Assembly: GCA_049472315.1 (NCBI GenBank)
Contig: JBLIRN010000001.1
Coordinates: 191,919-255,918, forward strand
Reading direction: 5' to 3'
Source of the DNA: a bacterium
GTDB taxonomy: Bacteria > SZUA-182 > DTGQ01 > JAFGSM01
DNA: 64,000 nt
Each line of letters opens with the position of its first letter. Position 1 is the stretch's first letter. The position numbers were made by a program, and so were the translations under genes. Of the stretch, positions 49,821-62,446 are shown piece after piece. The notes below the pieces were generated by a model. The model saw only the letters and a program-made list of their open reading frames with translations. It had not been told where the DNA came from and searched no databases.

Positions 49821-51017
49821 TCATTCCTTGACTGATAATGCGGCCAGGCCGGGGAGCTCATTCCCTTCCAGGAGTTCCAAAAACGCACCCCCGCCCGTGG
49901 ATATATACGAAATCTTGTACGATTCCCCCGCTCGATGAACGGCAACATCGGTATCGCCGCCACCCACGATGGTCATGGCATAGGAATTCGCCACCATCTG
50001 GACCATGGCAAAGGTGCCCCTGCTGAATGCATCAATCTCGAAAACGCCCATAGGCCCATTCCAAATAATGCTCTTCGCGTCCCTCAATGCCTCGGAAAAG
50101 AGGGTGGTGGTGGCGGGCCCGATATCCAGTCCCATCCAGTCAGGGGGAATCTCCTGGACGGGGACGATCATACTGATTGATTTGGGATCCATACGATCTG
50201 CGACCACGGTATCCACCGGAAGGTAGAGCTTCGTCCCGTCCTTTCGGCTCTGCTTGAGGGTTTCCATGGCAATGCCCAGCATATCCTCTTCCACAAGGGA
50301 CTTCCCGACCTCAAATCCTATGGCCTTGAGAAAGGTGAACATCATGCCGCCGCCGATAAGGATCTTGTCCACCTGCCTGCTGAGCTTTTTGATGATCCCT
50401 ATCTTGCTGGAGACCTTTGCCCCCCCGATTATGGCCACCAGAGGCCGTACGGGATTCTCCATCACTGCATTGAAGTAGTTGATCTCGTTCTTCATCACCG
50501 TCCCGCCGACGGATGGGCTGATGAATTGCGTGATTCCGACATTCGATGCATGAGAGCGATGGGCAGTGGCGAAGGCATCATTGACAAAGATATCACCCAG
50601 GCCGGCGAGTTCCTTGGCGAAATCCAGGTCATTATCCGTCTCCCCCTTATGAAACCGGAGATTTTCGAGGAGAATGACCTCGCCTTGCTGCATGGCACTC
50701 ACCGCCTCTTTGACCTTGGGGCCCACACAGTCGTCAATGAATCGGACCTCCTTTCCCAGGAGCCGGGAAAGACGCTTGGCAACCGGTGCCAGGCTCATGG
50801 CGGGCACTCGTAGGCCCTTTGGCCTTCCAAGATGGGACATCAAGACAACTGAGCCCCCGTCATCCAGAATGTGGTTTATGGTGGGGAGGGTGACCCTGAT
50901 CCTTGCATCGTCACTGATATTACCCAAGGTATCAAAGGGGACATTGTAGTCCACCCTCACCAGCGCCTTCTTGCCTTTGAAATTGACATCGTCAATAAAG
51001 AGCTTCGTCGTGTTCAC
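49821..51017 (-). CDS. pgk: Phosphoglycerate kinase
   Basis: RVDYNVP, SHLGRP, LENLRF, WNGPMG, ISTGGGA. Confidence 0.98.
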   Translation of the reverse strand: MNTTKLFIDDVNFKGKKALVRVDYNVPFDTLGNISDDARIRVTLPTINHILDDGGSVVLMSHLGRPKGLRVPAMSLAPVAKRLSRLLGKEVRFIDDCVGPKVKEAVSAMQQGEVILLENLRFHKGETDNDLDFAKELAGLGDIFVNDAFATAHRSHASNVGITQFISPSVGGTVMKNEINYFNAVMENPVRPLVAIIGGAKVSSKIGIIKKLSRQVDKILIGGGMMFTFLKAIGFEVGKSLVEEDMLGIAMETLKQSRKDGTKLYLPVDTVVADRMDPKSISMIVPVQEIPPDWMGLDIGPATTTLFSEALRDAKSIIWNGPMGVFEIDAFSRGTFAMVQMVANSYAMTIVGGGDTDVAVHRAGESYKISYISTGGGAFLELLEGNELPGLAALSVKE

Positions 51018-51117
51018 CGTTCACTCCCCAATCCATACACGCTATTGTCTTCGTAAATGCCTAAGATGCACCACAATGCGCGAGGCAGGAACATGTATCG
51101 TCCGGATGCACCCGCCC

Positions 51118-52197
<1,080 letters not shown>

Positions 52198-52217
52198 CTA
52201 TACTCAAGTCAATGCAA

Positions 52218-52946
52218 TCACACCGCACGTGCAAGTGTCCATACCTCAACCCAGCGCGCCCCGGCCTTTTTGAGCACACGGGCGCATTCATTCACCGTTG
52301 CACCGGTGGTAAAGACATCATCCACCAGGATTACCCCCCTCCCCGGGATCCGCTCAACACCGCTCACCCCAAATGCCCCACGGACATTCTTCCACCGATC
52401 CTCCGGAGACAGACCGACCTGGGGCGTGGAGCCGCCCCTTCTCTCAAGAAGCAACGGACGCAAGGGGAGCCGGAATGCCTTGGATAGGGATTTTGCCAGC
52501 ATGAGGGACTGATTGAATTCCCGCTCCCTCAAACGTTCAACACTGAGAGGCACCGGGACAAGAACGCAGTCCACGCATCCATCTCCCAAGTGGTTGCACA
52601 CCCTCGCCATTTCCTTGCCAAGCCAGGTCCCGATCCTGGCATGTCCCTGGTATTTCAGGAGGTGAATCGCATCCCTCACCGGACCCTCAAAGATATATCC
52701 GGACCGGGCGCGGTCAAATGCCCACGACCTCTGCCTGCATGTCTGGCAACGATACATTGATGCATCAGTGCCCTGCCGTGCGAAGGCTACCGGAATCCCA
52801 CACCGGTTACATACAGACCCCGCAATTGGCCGCGCCTTCGCCCAGCAGGTCGGGCAGATAGGGCCCCGTGCAACCGCCCTATTGCACAGGGGGCAGAGGG
52901 GAGGGAAAACGAGGTTCAGTATGTGGGAGAACAAGGGAGGGCGCAC
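52218..52946 (-). CDS. comF: ComF family protein (double zinc ribbon plus PRTase)
   Basis: CxxC pairs, REFNQS, LVDDVFTTGAT. Confidence 0.92.
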   Translation of the reverse strand: MRPPLFSHILNLVFPPLCPLCNRAVARGPICPTCWAKARPIAGSVCNRCGIPVAFARQGTDASMYRCQTCRQRSWAFDRARSGYIFEGPVRDAIHLLKYQGHARIGTWLGKEMARVCNHLGDGCVDCVLVPVPLSVERLREREFNQSLMLAKSLSKAFRLPLRPLLLERRGGSTPQVGLSPEDRWKNVRGAFGVSGVERIPGRGVILVDDVFTTGATVNECARVLKKAGARWVEVWTLARAV

Positions 52947-52949
52947 CGC

Positions 52950-54161
52950 TCATGCGCCGAACTTATTCAGCCTTAAGGAATTTGCCAGTATCAACGGCAT
53001 GATCTCTACGGCGCACAATTGTCCCAGGCCACCATGAATGCATTCCGATTCAGAAAAGTGTTTCACCTTGTCGGGTCTGCACCAACGGGAGTATAAGAGG
53101 ACAGGATTGGGGTGCCAGCTATGGGAGGTCAGGACCGCAGGGGTGGAGTGGTCGGCCGTGACCACCACCACATCGGGATTAAGACTCATCATCTGAGGGA
53201 TAAAGGAATCCACCTGCTCAATGATATGGACCTTCTGATCAAAATCCCCGTCTTCTCCGTAGCTATCCGTTTTTTTGATGTGGACATAGAAGAAATCGTA
53301 TTCCGAGAACTGGCGTGACAAGGTGTCAAACTCATCGGCGATGGAATCCCCGGATTCCAGGATGTCCATTCCCACCAGCCTGGCCACCCCACGGTACATG
53401 GGATAGGTGGCAATGGCAGCCGCCTTCAGTTTAAAAACCTCCCCCATGGAAGGGAGGGGATGGTACTGGGAAAATCCCCGTAGCAGAACCATATTCCCCT
53501 TCTCTTCCCCGGAGAGGAGTTTCCCGCATTCCGTGATAAACCGATTTGCCAGTTCCGCAGTCCGTCGGGCTTGCGGAGAATCCACATGGCATGTCACCGG
53601 AACGGCGGGGGTGCCGGTTCTCTGCGGATCGGAATCCGTTAAGTCACCCGACAGATCGGTACCCCGAAAGACCACCATCGCCCTGTACTCCTTGACCGTG
53701 CGGACAAAAACCTTCACCCCGGGTATCGTGATCCTGTCAAGCCTTTTGCACAGATCCCGGTTCTTCTCCGTTTCAAGCCTGCCGGCACGGCGATCGATCA
53801 CATTTCCCCCCTCATCGATGGTGGCAAAATTTATTCGAGCCGCCACGTCAGAAGGCTGGAGATCGAAGCCAATGCCCAGGGAGGAGAGGACTCCCCTGCC
53901 GATCTGATTTTGTATTGGATCGTAGCCAAAGAGGGCAAGATGGGCCGGACCGCTTCCCGGTGTAATCCCCCGTGCAATAGGATCAACCATCCCTGTGATG
54001 GCCTTACCGGCAAGAGAATCCAGGTTCGGGCATGCGGCCGTCTCGAGCTCCGTGAGGCCGTCCGGCAGCCGGGGGAGACCTCCCAATCCATCAATGACAA
54101 GCAGGACAATCTTGGAGTTCGACTTCTGGCTGAGTTCCTTAAGAATATCTAAACCGACCAT
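52950..54161 (-). CDS. apgM: 2,3-bisphosphoglycerate-independent phosphoglycerate mutase, archaeal type
   Basis: IDGLGG, PGSGPAHLALFGYDP, HIKKTDSYGEDG, TADHSTP, HSWHP. Confidence 0.92.
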   Translation of the reverse strand: MVGLDILKELSQKSNSKIVLLVIDGLGGLPRLPDGLTELETAACPNLDSLAGKAITGMVDPIARGITPGSGPAHLALFGYDPIQNQIGRGVLSSLGIGFDLQPSDVAARINFATIDEGGNVIDRRAGRLETEKNRDLCKRLDRITIPGVKVFVRTVKEYRAMVVFRGTDLSGDLTDSDPQRTGTPAVPVTCHVDSPQARRTAELANRFITECGKLLSGEEKGNMVLLRGFSQYHPLPSMGEVFKLKAAAIATYPMYRGVARLVGMDILESGDSIADEFDTLSRQFSEYDFFYVHIKKTDSYGEDGDFDQKVHIIEQVDSFIPQMMSLNPDVVVVTADHSTPAVLTSHSWHPNPVLLYSRWCRPDKVKHFSESECIHGGLGQLCAVEIMPLILANSLRLNKFGA

Positions 54162-54242
54162 TGCTCAACCTCCTCATCCTTTTTACCTGTGGTATGTCCC
54201 CCCCGATACTATCGACGATTACAGCCCTATCTCCGAATGGGG

Positions 54243-54716
54243 TCATCCGTGGTGATAGGGCTCTCCCCGAATGATGGAAAAGGCACGATAGAGCTGCTCC
54301 AGTAATATCAGGCGTACCATTTGATGGGTGAATGTCATGCGCGAGAGGCTTATGCACATGCCTGCCTCCTCGGTCAACGCCGGGGCAATACCCTGATCAC
54401 CCCCGATGACGAAATCGATTTCCTGCCTGCCTTCCACCATGGAATGCTCGAGCCATTGCGCAAACTCCCGTGAACTGTATTCCTTACCCCCATCACCAAG
54501 GGTGACCATCAGGGCCGAGGGATGGATATGGGAACATATCCTATCGGCCTCCTGACGCAATCCCTCTTCGATCGGGGCTGATTTTCTCCGCTGTGACGAC
54601 CGGACCTCGATCCATTCCACATGAACATAGTGCTTGAGTCGTGACAGGTACTCCTCTATCCCCTCTGTGAGATAGCCCTTTTTGGTTTTTCCTACACAGA
54701 TGACCTTTACCTTCAC
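54243..54716 (-). CDS. rlmH: 23S rRNA pseudouridine-1915 methyltransferase
   Basis: FVIGG, LSRMTFTHQMVRLILLEQLYRA, PYH. Confidence 0.96.
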   Translation of the reverse strand: MKVKVICVGKTKKGYLTEGIEEYLSRLKHYVHVEWIEVRSSQRRKSAPIEEGLRQEADRICSHIHPSALMVTLGDGGKEYSSREFAQWLEHSMVEGRQEIDFVIGGDQGIAPALTEEAGMCISLSRMTFTHQMVRLILLEQLYRAFSIIRGEPYHHG

Positions 54717-55069
54717 CCATTCAAATCAACTCTGGGGGCATCTCCCCAAAGATGCTCCAAGTCATAGTATTGTCTCATCTCTTTGCTAAATATATGGATG
54801 ACCAGATCGGTGTAATCCATCAGGATCCAGTTTGAATCGGGGTATCCCTCCATATGGTCGAGTCGCAGGCCAAGCTTCCTCATTCGTTCCTCGATCTCCT
54901 GGGCAATCGCCTTGGCCTGACGATTGTTGGTCACCGAGCATATAACAAAGGAATCGGTTATTGACGAGATATTTCTGAGATCGAGGACGGCGATATCCTC
55001 CGCCTTTTTGCCGTCCGCCACTCGAGCGGCTTCACGAGCCATCCGGAGAATGGTATCCATTACTGACAC
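54713..55069 (-). CDS. rsfS: Ribosome silencing factor
   Basis: KKAEDI, WILMDY, YDLEHLW. Confidence 0.95.
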   Translation of the reverse strand: MSVMDTILRMAREAARVADGKKAEDIAVLDLRNISSITDSFVICSVTNNRQAKAIAQEIEERMRKLGLRLDHMEGYPDSNWILMDYTDLVIHIFSKEMRQYYDLEHLWGDAPRVDLNG

Positions 55070-55140
55070 GCCCTTTTACATTCATGCATCGATTCGCCCC
55101 CTTTACCTGGGGTCAGGTCTTGAATTATCAGTTTTTGTTC

Positions 55141-55417
55141 CGAAAATATCCTGTATTCATCTGAAAATATAACATTTTGATTCTTCGTGGCGCCACAAAG
55201 TGGCATGAGGGTTTGTCTCGAAAATATCCTATATTCACTTGAAAATCCCCTTTGGGTCATTTTCATGCTTCCTTGTGAGCCGAAGGCTCATCTGCGTTTC
55301 ACTTCTACATTCGACATTCGACATTCGACATTCGCAGTTTCATCCGGCTCATGAGCGTTTCATCTGAAAATATAACATTTTTATAATTCGTGGTGTCACA
55401 AGGTGGCATAAGCGTTT
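55141..55417. repeat. REP-like intergenic repeat cluster containing (ACATTCG)x4
   Basis: Repeated TTCATCTGAAAATATAACATTTT, GC hairpins (GCCACAAAGTGGC, TGAGCCGAAGGCTCA), heptamer tandem at 55307-55334. Confidence 0.75.
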
Positions 55418-55436
55418 ATTCTAAAAAACTGTCATT

Positions 55437-56108
55437 TCAAGACCTGACCCCATAAAGTTTATGGCTGATGATATAGGCCAATACCGTATCAGGAACCTGA
55501 TAACGGATGGATTTCCCCTGGCTGAACATGAATCGAATGGTTGAGGAAGAGATATCGATATGGGGGAGGGACACAAAATAGATATCGGCATGCCGTATAT
55601 CAATGGATGTGGCTATTTCATCAGCGCTTACCTGTTGAATGCGCAGATTCAATTCAGGGCCGGTGAGAAACGGGGTGAGTACCCCCCGAACCCTCTCGAT
55701 ATCCGCACCCGGGCGACTGATCACGATGAATGTGCACAGCTTCAAAAGGCGCCGATAGTCCTTCCATGTTCTGATGTCCTGAAATGCATCCGATCCCAGG
55801 ATAAATGCAAAGGTATGCCCCTCTCCGAGATCCCGCCTGGTCTCCAGCACGGTGTCGATGGTGTACGAACTCCCTCCGCGGGTCACCTCCCGCGAGGAGG
55901 AATAAAAGGAGGGATTGGAATCGATGGCCGATTCAACCATGGCCAGGCGGTCGCGGCCGTCCACAATGGGGCCTTCCTTGTGAGGAGGATTCGCCGAGGG
56001 AATAAAATAGATTCGATGCAGCCCAAACCCCTCTCTGATCTGTTCGGCAACAATCAGATGACCATGATGGATCGGATTGAATGTACCTCCAAATATCCCG
56101 ATATTCAA
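55437..56108 (-). CDS. nadD: Nicotinate-nucleotide adenylyltransferase
   Basis: GGTFNPIHHGH, SYTIDT, ISSSTIR. Confidence 0.96.
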   Translation of the reverse strand: MNIGIFGGTFNPIHHGHLIVAEQIREGFGLHRIYFIPSANPPHKEGPIVDGRDRLAMVESAIDSNPSFYSSSREVTRGGSSYTIDTVLETRRDLGEGHTFAFILGSDAFQDIRTWKDYRRLLKLCTFIVISRPGADIERVRGVLTPFLTGPELNLRIQQVSADEIATSIDIRHADIYFVSLPHIDISSSTIRFMFSQGKSIRYQVPDTVLAYIISHKLYGVRS

Positions 56109-56117
56109 TTGAACCTG

Positions 56118-57383
56118 TTATTCCCTTATCTGTCCTTCACCGAAGATGATATATTTTATGGTTGTCAGATCATCCGCTCCCATCGGCCCCCGTGCATGAA
56201 GCTTCTGAGTGCTTATTCCGATCTCGGCGCCAAGGCCGAATTCCCCTCCGTCGGTAAAGCGCGTTGAGGCATTGACATACACCGCTGCGGAATCGACCAT
56301 CCGGAGGAAGTCCCTGCCCCTTTGATAATCGGTGGTGACAATGGCATCGGAGTGGTGAGAGCCATAATGGTTGATGTGGTCTACGGCATCCTTGAAGCTG
56401 TTGACCACCCTGACGGCCAGGATGAGATCCAGATATTCCTCCGACCAGTCATCCTCCGTTGCCGGCCGTGCCGAAGGGACGTATTTCAGCGTCTCCGGGC
56501 ATCCCCGCAACTCCACCCCCGCATCCTCGTAACGTTGGGCAATGCGGGGTAAAAACGAGGCTGCGATATCCTTATGCACGAGCATGGTCTCCATGGCATT
56601 GCAGACCCCCGGCCTCTGTACCTTTGCATTAAAGCAGATATTCTCCGCCATGACAAGATCGGCCATGCTGTCGACATACACATGGCAAATCCCCTTGTAA
56701 TGAGAAACCACCGGCACCAGGGACCCTTCCCTGACCGTTCGTATCAGGCCCTCGCCCCCTCGGGGAATGATCATGTCGATATACTCATGAAGACGGATCA
56801 TTTCGGTGATCGCCTCCCTGTCGGTAATGCGGATCACCTGCACCACCCCTTCGGGCAGCCCCTCCTCCCGTGCGACCCGCTCCATGATCTCGCCGATGAT
56901 GACATTCGAATGAATCGCCTCAGAGCCGCCGCGCAAAAGGCAGCAGTTGCCTGCCTTCAGGCAGAGCCCTGCGGCATCGGAGGTGACGTTGGGACGTGCC
57001 TCGTATATGATGCCGATCACCCCGATGGGAACCCGCATCCGACCGATCTCGAGGCCATTGGGCCTGCGCCACATCCTCTCGATTCTGCCCACGGGATCCT
57101 CCTGGGCCGCTATATCCCGGAGTGCATCGGCCATTCCCTTGAGTCTCTTAGTGTTGAGGGAAAGGCGATCAATCATGGCAGTGCCGATCCCCTTCTGCCG
57201 CGCCGCCGCAATATCCCGTTCATTCGCCGCCAGGATCCCCTCAGCGCAAGCCTCTATCTCCTCAGCCATTCTCTTCAGTGCCCTGTCCTTGAGAGAGGAC
57301 GAGACAGTGCTCATGCGAAGGGAGGCAATGCGGGCCTTTTGGGCCATACCGACAATCTGCTCCCGTATCTGCATCTCATTCAT
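56118..57383 (-). CDS. proA: Gamma-glutamyl phosphate reductase
   Basis: IYEARPNVT, CNAMET, NASTRFTDG, GISTQKLHARGP. Confidence 0.97.
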   Translation of the reverse strand: MNEMQIREQIVGMAQKARIASLRMSTVSSSLKDRALKRMAEEIEACAEGILAANERDIAAARQKGIGTAMIDRLSLNTKRLKGMADALRDIAAQEDPVGRIERMWRRPNGLEIGRMRVPIGVIGIIYEARPNVTSDAAGLCLKAGNCCLLRGGSEAIHSNVIIGEIMERVAREEGLPEGVVQVIRITDREAITEMIRLHEYIDMIIPRGGEGLIRTVREGSLVPVVSHYKGICHVYVDSMADLVMAENICFNAKVQRPGVCNAMETMLVHKDIAASFLPRIAQRYEDAGVELRGCPETLKYVPSARPATEDDWSEEYLDLILAVRVVNSFKDAVDHINHYGSHHSDAIVTTDYQRGRDFLRMVDSAAVYVNASTRFTDGGEFGLGAEIGISTQKLHARGPMGADDLTTIKYIIFGEGQIRE

Positions 57384-57553
57384 GGATAATCCCCTGTTCC
57401 CCTTCTCGTTCCATCCACATATGCCTTCTGCATCACCCCGTAACGGTGAATCCCTTACAACGGTAATAGCTTTGTATATGTCGAAAACATGCTATAATGA
57501 GGGGCAAGCAGCGGGGCCCCCACCCCGGGTTCCCCCGGTTCACCCCATTCGCC

Positions 57554-58714
57554 TCATGTGTCTTCACGGGAAAGAACGCTTCCCTCCAAAATGGCCAGGT
57601 TGTCGCGATGGACCACCTCCTCGGCGGTGCAATAGCCGAGGATCTGATCGATCAGCTTACTCCGGGCACCCTTTATACGCTTGATCTCCGAGGCGTTGTA
57701 GTTGACCAGCCCCCTGGCGAACTCCCTTCCGTCGGGGGCCAGGATGCTTACCGATTCCCCCGAGTCGAAATTCCCGCTGACACCGATAATGCCGGAAGGG
57801 AGCAGGCTCTTCTTGCTCACCGTCAATGCCTTGAATGCGCCCTCATCCACCGTGATGGCCCCGCGTGGCTTCAGCCTGAAGGCGATCCAGCATCGTTTGC
57901 AATTGAGCGTATCCTCTTTGGGCAGGAAGAGCGTGCCCAGTTCCTCCCCCTGCAGGATCCGAGATATCACCCCCGGTATCCGGCCGTTCACGATAATGGT
58001 CGTGGTGCCCGATTGGGCTGCGGTCTGGGCGGCATGAATCTTGGTGACCATTCCCCCTATGCCCACAATTGAAGGGGTCTCCCTGGCCAGTGAGAGGATT
58101 TTCTTGTCGATCGATTCCACAAGGGGGATGAAGCGCGCATCCGCATCCTGATTCGGGTCCGCTGTGTAGAGCCCGTCCACATCGGATAAGATGATCAGCA
58201 GATCCGCCTCCACCAGTTGGCTGACCACCGCGGAGAGGGTATCATTATCACCGAACTTGATCTCTTCCACTGCAACGGTGTCATTTTCATTCACCACGGG
58301 GAGGACACCATAGCTGAAGAGCGTTTCAAGGGTATTACGGGCATTGATGTATCGCTGCCGGTGAGTCATGTCCCCGTCGGTGAGAAGCAGTTGGGCGACC
58401 CGCTTCCCGAATTGCTCCATATGCTTCTCATAGGTCCTCATGAGTGTTGACTGGCCGACCGCTGCAACGGCCTGCTTCTGACTGATTAGGCGGGGCCTCT
58501 CCTTCAGCCCGAGCTTGGCCCTCCCTGCAAGAATCGCCCCCGAGGTCACCAGCACCACCTTGTATCCCGCATCCATGACCTTGGATAGATCGGCGGAAAT
58601 TCTCTCCACCACACCTTCGTCCAGGGTAATCAGGGATGAGGCCAGGACATTGCTCCCGATTTTCACCACCACACGCCTTACATGGGAAAGCATCCCCTTC
58701 CTGTCCTTCGCCAT
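57554..58714 (-). CDS. proB: Glutamate 5-kinase with PUA domain
   Basis: VVKIGS, NENDTV, GDND.L, GGMVTK. Confidence 0.97.
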   Translation of the reverse strand: MAKDRKGMLSHVRRVVVKIGSNVLASSLITLDEGVVERISADLSKVMDAGYKVVLVTSGAILAGRAKLGLKERPRLISQKQAVAAVGQSTLMRTYEKHMEQFGKRVAQLLLTDGDMTHRQRYINARNTLETLFSYGVLPVVNENDTVAVEEIKFGDNDTLSAVVSQLVEADLLIILSDVDGLYTADPNQDADARFIPLVESIDKKILSLARETPSIVGIGGMVTKIHAAQTAAQSGTTTIIVNGRIPGVISRILQGEELGTLFLPKEDTLNCKRCWIAFRLKPRGAITVDEGAFKALTVSKKSLLPSGIIGVSGNFDSGESVSILAPDGREFARGLVNYNASEIKRIKGARSKLIDQILGYCTAEEVVHRDNLAILEGSVLSREDT

Positions 58715-58724
58715 CCCTTTTCTC

Positions 58725-59989
<1,265 letters not shown>

Positions 59990-60006
59990 GATTTTTTCTC
60001 CTCACA

Positions 60007-60250
60007 CCTTATTAACAATATGTTATGCTTGCATTAATAAAAGAATGTTACGACTCCACCCTTTAAACAATATCTTATGCTTACATTAACAATTAGTTAT
60101 CGCGACTCCATCCTTATTCACAATATGTTTTGCTTACATTAATAAAAGGATGCCTTGTCTCTCGCCTTACAAACAATATGTTATACTTGCGCTAATAACG
60201 TGCGTTAATAAGAGTATATCCCGTTTCCAACCTCATTAACAATATGTTAC
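60007..60250. repeat. Five-copy ~53-bp degenerate tandem repeat between rplU and rpmA
   Basis: Core CCTTATTAACAATATGTTATGCTT(A/G)CATTAATAA; CAATAT at 60016, 60068, 60121, 60174 and 60240. Confidence 0.88.
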
Positions 60251-60262
60251 GTATGTGCCTCA

Positions 60263-60574
60263 CTATTTCTCTATTTCAGCAACCTTCACCAGCGTATACG
60301 CCTGCCGATGCCCTATCTTGCGGTGATAATCCTTACGCCGCTTGTACTTGAACACGATGACCTTCCGCCCCTTCTCGCTCCCTGCTACCACCCCCGACAC
60401 CTTCACCTTATCAAGTTCCTCCCTGCCCAGGACGACCGTGTCATCATCAACCAGCATCAGGACCTTGTCAAAGGTATATTGATCCCCGGGCGCCGCCTGC
60501 ATCAAATCGAGTTCCACCACATCGCCGGGCGCAACCCTATACTGTCTCCCTCTTGATTCAACGATTGCGTACAT
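60263..60574 (-). CDS. rplU: 50S ribosomal protein L21
   Basis: MYAIVES.GRQY.V, FKYKRRK, GHRQ.YT. Confidence 0.97.
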   Translation of the reverse strand: MYAIVESRGRQYRVAPGDVVELDLMQAAPGDQYTFDKVLMLVDDDTVVLGREELDKVKVSGVVAGSEKGRKVIVFKYKRRKDYHRKIGHRQAYTLVKVAEIEK

Positions 60575-60675
60575 GTTCTTATTACCTCCCTATGATAAAG
60601 GCCCGTGAGTCACCCCCAAGGCCCGATGACAAGCACTCCCCGAAAATCGTTCTCCTCCCTTGGTTGGAGATACCA

Positions 60676-62211
60676 TTACAGGATGTCAATGGTATAATCC
60701 TCATAATGCATATCGGGTTCGCTTCGTATGGTTATCCGCTTATTATACTTATTTTCCAAATATTCGAGGAGATCGTCCTCCTGTTTATAAAAGAAGGCGG
60801 CAATGTCGGGATTCGCCTTGATGAGTATCTCATCCCCTGCACGCGAGCTGCCGATGCGATCGATCTCCCGCTGAATGGACCTGCATATGGTCAGGATCGA
60901 TTTCACCCTTCCATTTCCTCCGCAATACGGGCAGGGAGAGGTAAGGATCTTTCCGAGGCTCTGCTTGATCCTCTTGCGAGTCATCTCCACCAGCCCCAAC
61001 TGGGTCAACTGGAGCACGTTGCTCCGCATGCGGTCCTTTTTCAGCTCGTTCTCGAGGGCATCCAGGAGCTTCTGCCGGTTCTCCTCGATCCCCATATCGA
61101 TGAAATCAATGATGATGATTCCCCCGAGATCCCTGAGACGAATCTGCCGGACGATCTCGTGAACAGCCTCTATGTTGGTCTTATAGATCGTCTCCTCAAG
61201 GTTGAGGTCGCCCACGAATTTGCCCGTGTTTATATCAATCGTGACCAGCGCCTCGGTCTCGTCGATCACGATGTACCCGCCGGATTTAAGCCATACCTTG
61301 GGACTCAGGGCCTCCTCGATCTGTTTTTCGATATTGTATTCATCGAAGATAGGCTTATCCTTATGATAGATCTTGATCCGATCCGTCAGATTGGGCATGA
61401 GCGTCTCAACGAACTCCACGCACCGCTCGTACTCATCTTCGGAATCAATGACCATGCGGTCAATATCGGTGGTGAAGATATCCCGTATGGTTTTGAGCAG
61501 TATGTCCAGTTCCTTGTGCACGAGGCAGGGAGAACGACATGAATTGCTCCTCCGTTGGATCTTGTCCCACAGTTTATTCAGATATTCGATATCGGAGAGA
61601 AACTCCTCTTCTCCCTTTCCTTCCCCAACCGTGCGAACAATATACCCGGCATACGGTTTTTTGAGGTTCTGGAGCAACTCCTTGAGTCTGGCCTTTTCCT
61701 GCTTGTCCTCTATGCGGCGCGAGATCCCAACGTGATCAACATTCGGCATGTACACCAGGTACCTGCCTGGGAGGGTTATGTTGGTGGTAACGCGTGCCCC
61801 TTTCGTTCCCAGCGGTTCTTTTGAAACCTGCACCAGGAGTTCCTGACCCTCTTTGAGCAGGTCCTGGATGTTGGTCATGGGTTGGCTCGAGGCGAGAGGC
61901 AATGCCTTCACCTCATCATCCAGGGCAGTGCCTAAGTCACCCTGGATATCCTCACCTCCCATCATCAACTTCTCAAATTCGGACAGGGAATCATCCACAT
62001 CCATGACATAGAGAAATGCATCCTTTTGAAGACCGATATCCAGGAAGGCCGCCTGCATTCCGGGAAGCACGCGAATGACCCTTCCTTTATAGATATTACC
62101 GTTTATTCTCTTGCTTCTGCGCCGCTCTATGTAGAGCTCCGCCAAAAGGCGGTCCTCCAAGAGGGCAACGCGCTTCTCATACGGGTTTGCATTGACGATT
62201 ATTTCCTTCAA
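60676..62211 (-). CDS. rng: Ribonuclease G (Rne/Rng family)
   Basis: GNIYKGRV, GMQAAF, KGARVT, IDINTG, GGIIIIDFIDM. Confidence 0.93.
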   Translation of the reverse strand: MKEIIVNANPYEKRVALLEDRLLAELYIERRRSKRINGNIYKGRVIRVLPGMQAAFLDIGLQKDAFLYVMDVDDSLSEFEKLMMGGEDIQGDLGTALDDEVKALPLASSQPMTNIQDLLKEGQELLVQVSKEPLGTKGARVTTNITLPGRYLVYMPNVDHVGISRRIEDKQEKARLKELLQNLKKPYAGYIVRTVGEGKGEEEFLSDIEYLNKLWDKIQRRSNSCRSPCLVHKELDILLKTIRDIFTTDIDRMVIDSEDEYERCVEFVETLMPNLTDRIKIYHKDKPIFDEYNIEKQIEEALSPKVWLKSGGYIVIDETEALVTIDINTGKFVGDLNLEETIYKTNIEAVHEIVRQIRLRDLGGIIIIDFIDMGIEENRQKLLDALENELKKDRMRSNVLQLTQLGLVEMTRKRIKQSLGKILTSPCPYCGGNGRVKSILTICRSIQREIDRIGSSRAGDEILIKANPDIAAFFYKQEDDLLEYLENKYNKRITIRSEPDMHYEDYTIDIL

Positions 62212-62446
62212 GGCAGATTGCTCCTATAGACAAATCTCTTGCGGATTACCTCATAGTGACTTTTTAGACCAGTTTAACTATTTTATTTTACAACGAGTTT
62301 TTTGTCAATATACAAATTGCTCCCATCACAACTCTTTGACACCTGCCCTCATCTCCCCCCAAAACCCTCCTTTGCGGCACATCCACGGACATCCATAGGC
62401 ACATTGATTGACTCATCCCCCCTTTTGTGCTATGTGTATGATACCT

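Noticed and set aside
60007..60250. Canonical CRISPR array
   Set aside because: Repeats are degenerate, linkers are short (~19 nt) and related to each other (CGACTCCA, AAAG.ATG shared), and there are no cas genes. Kept only as a repeat array.
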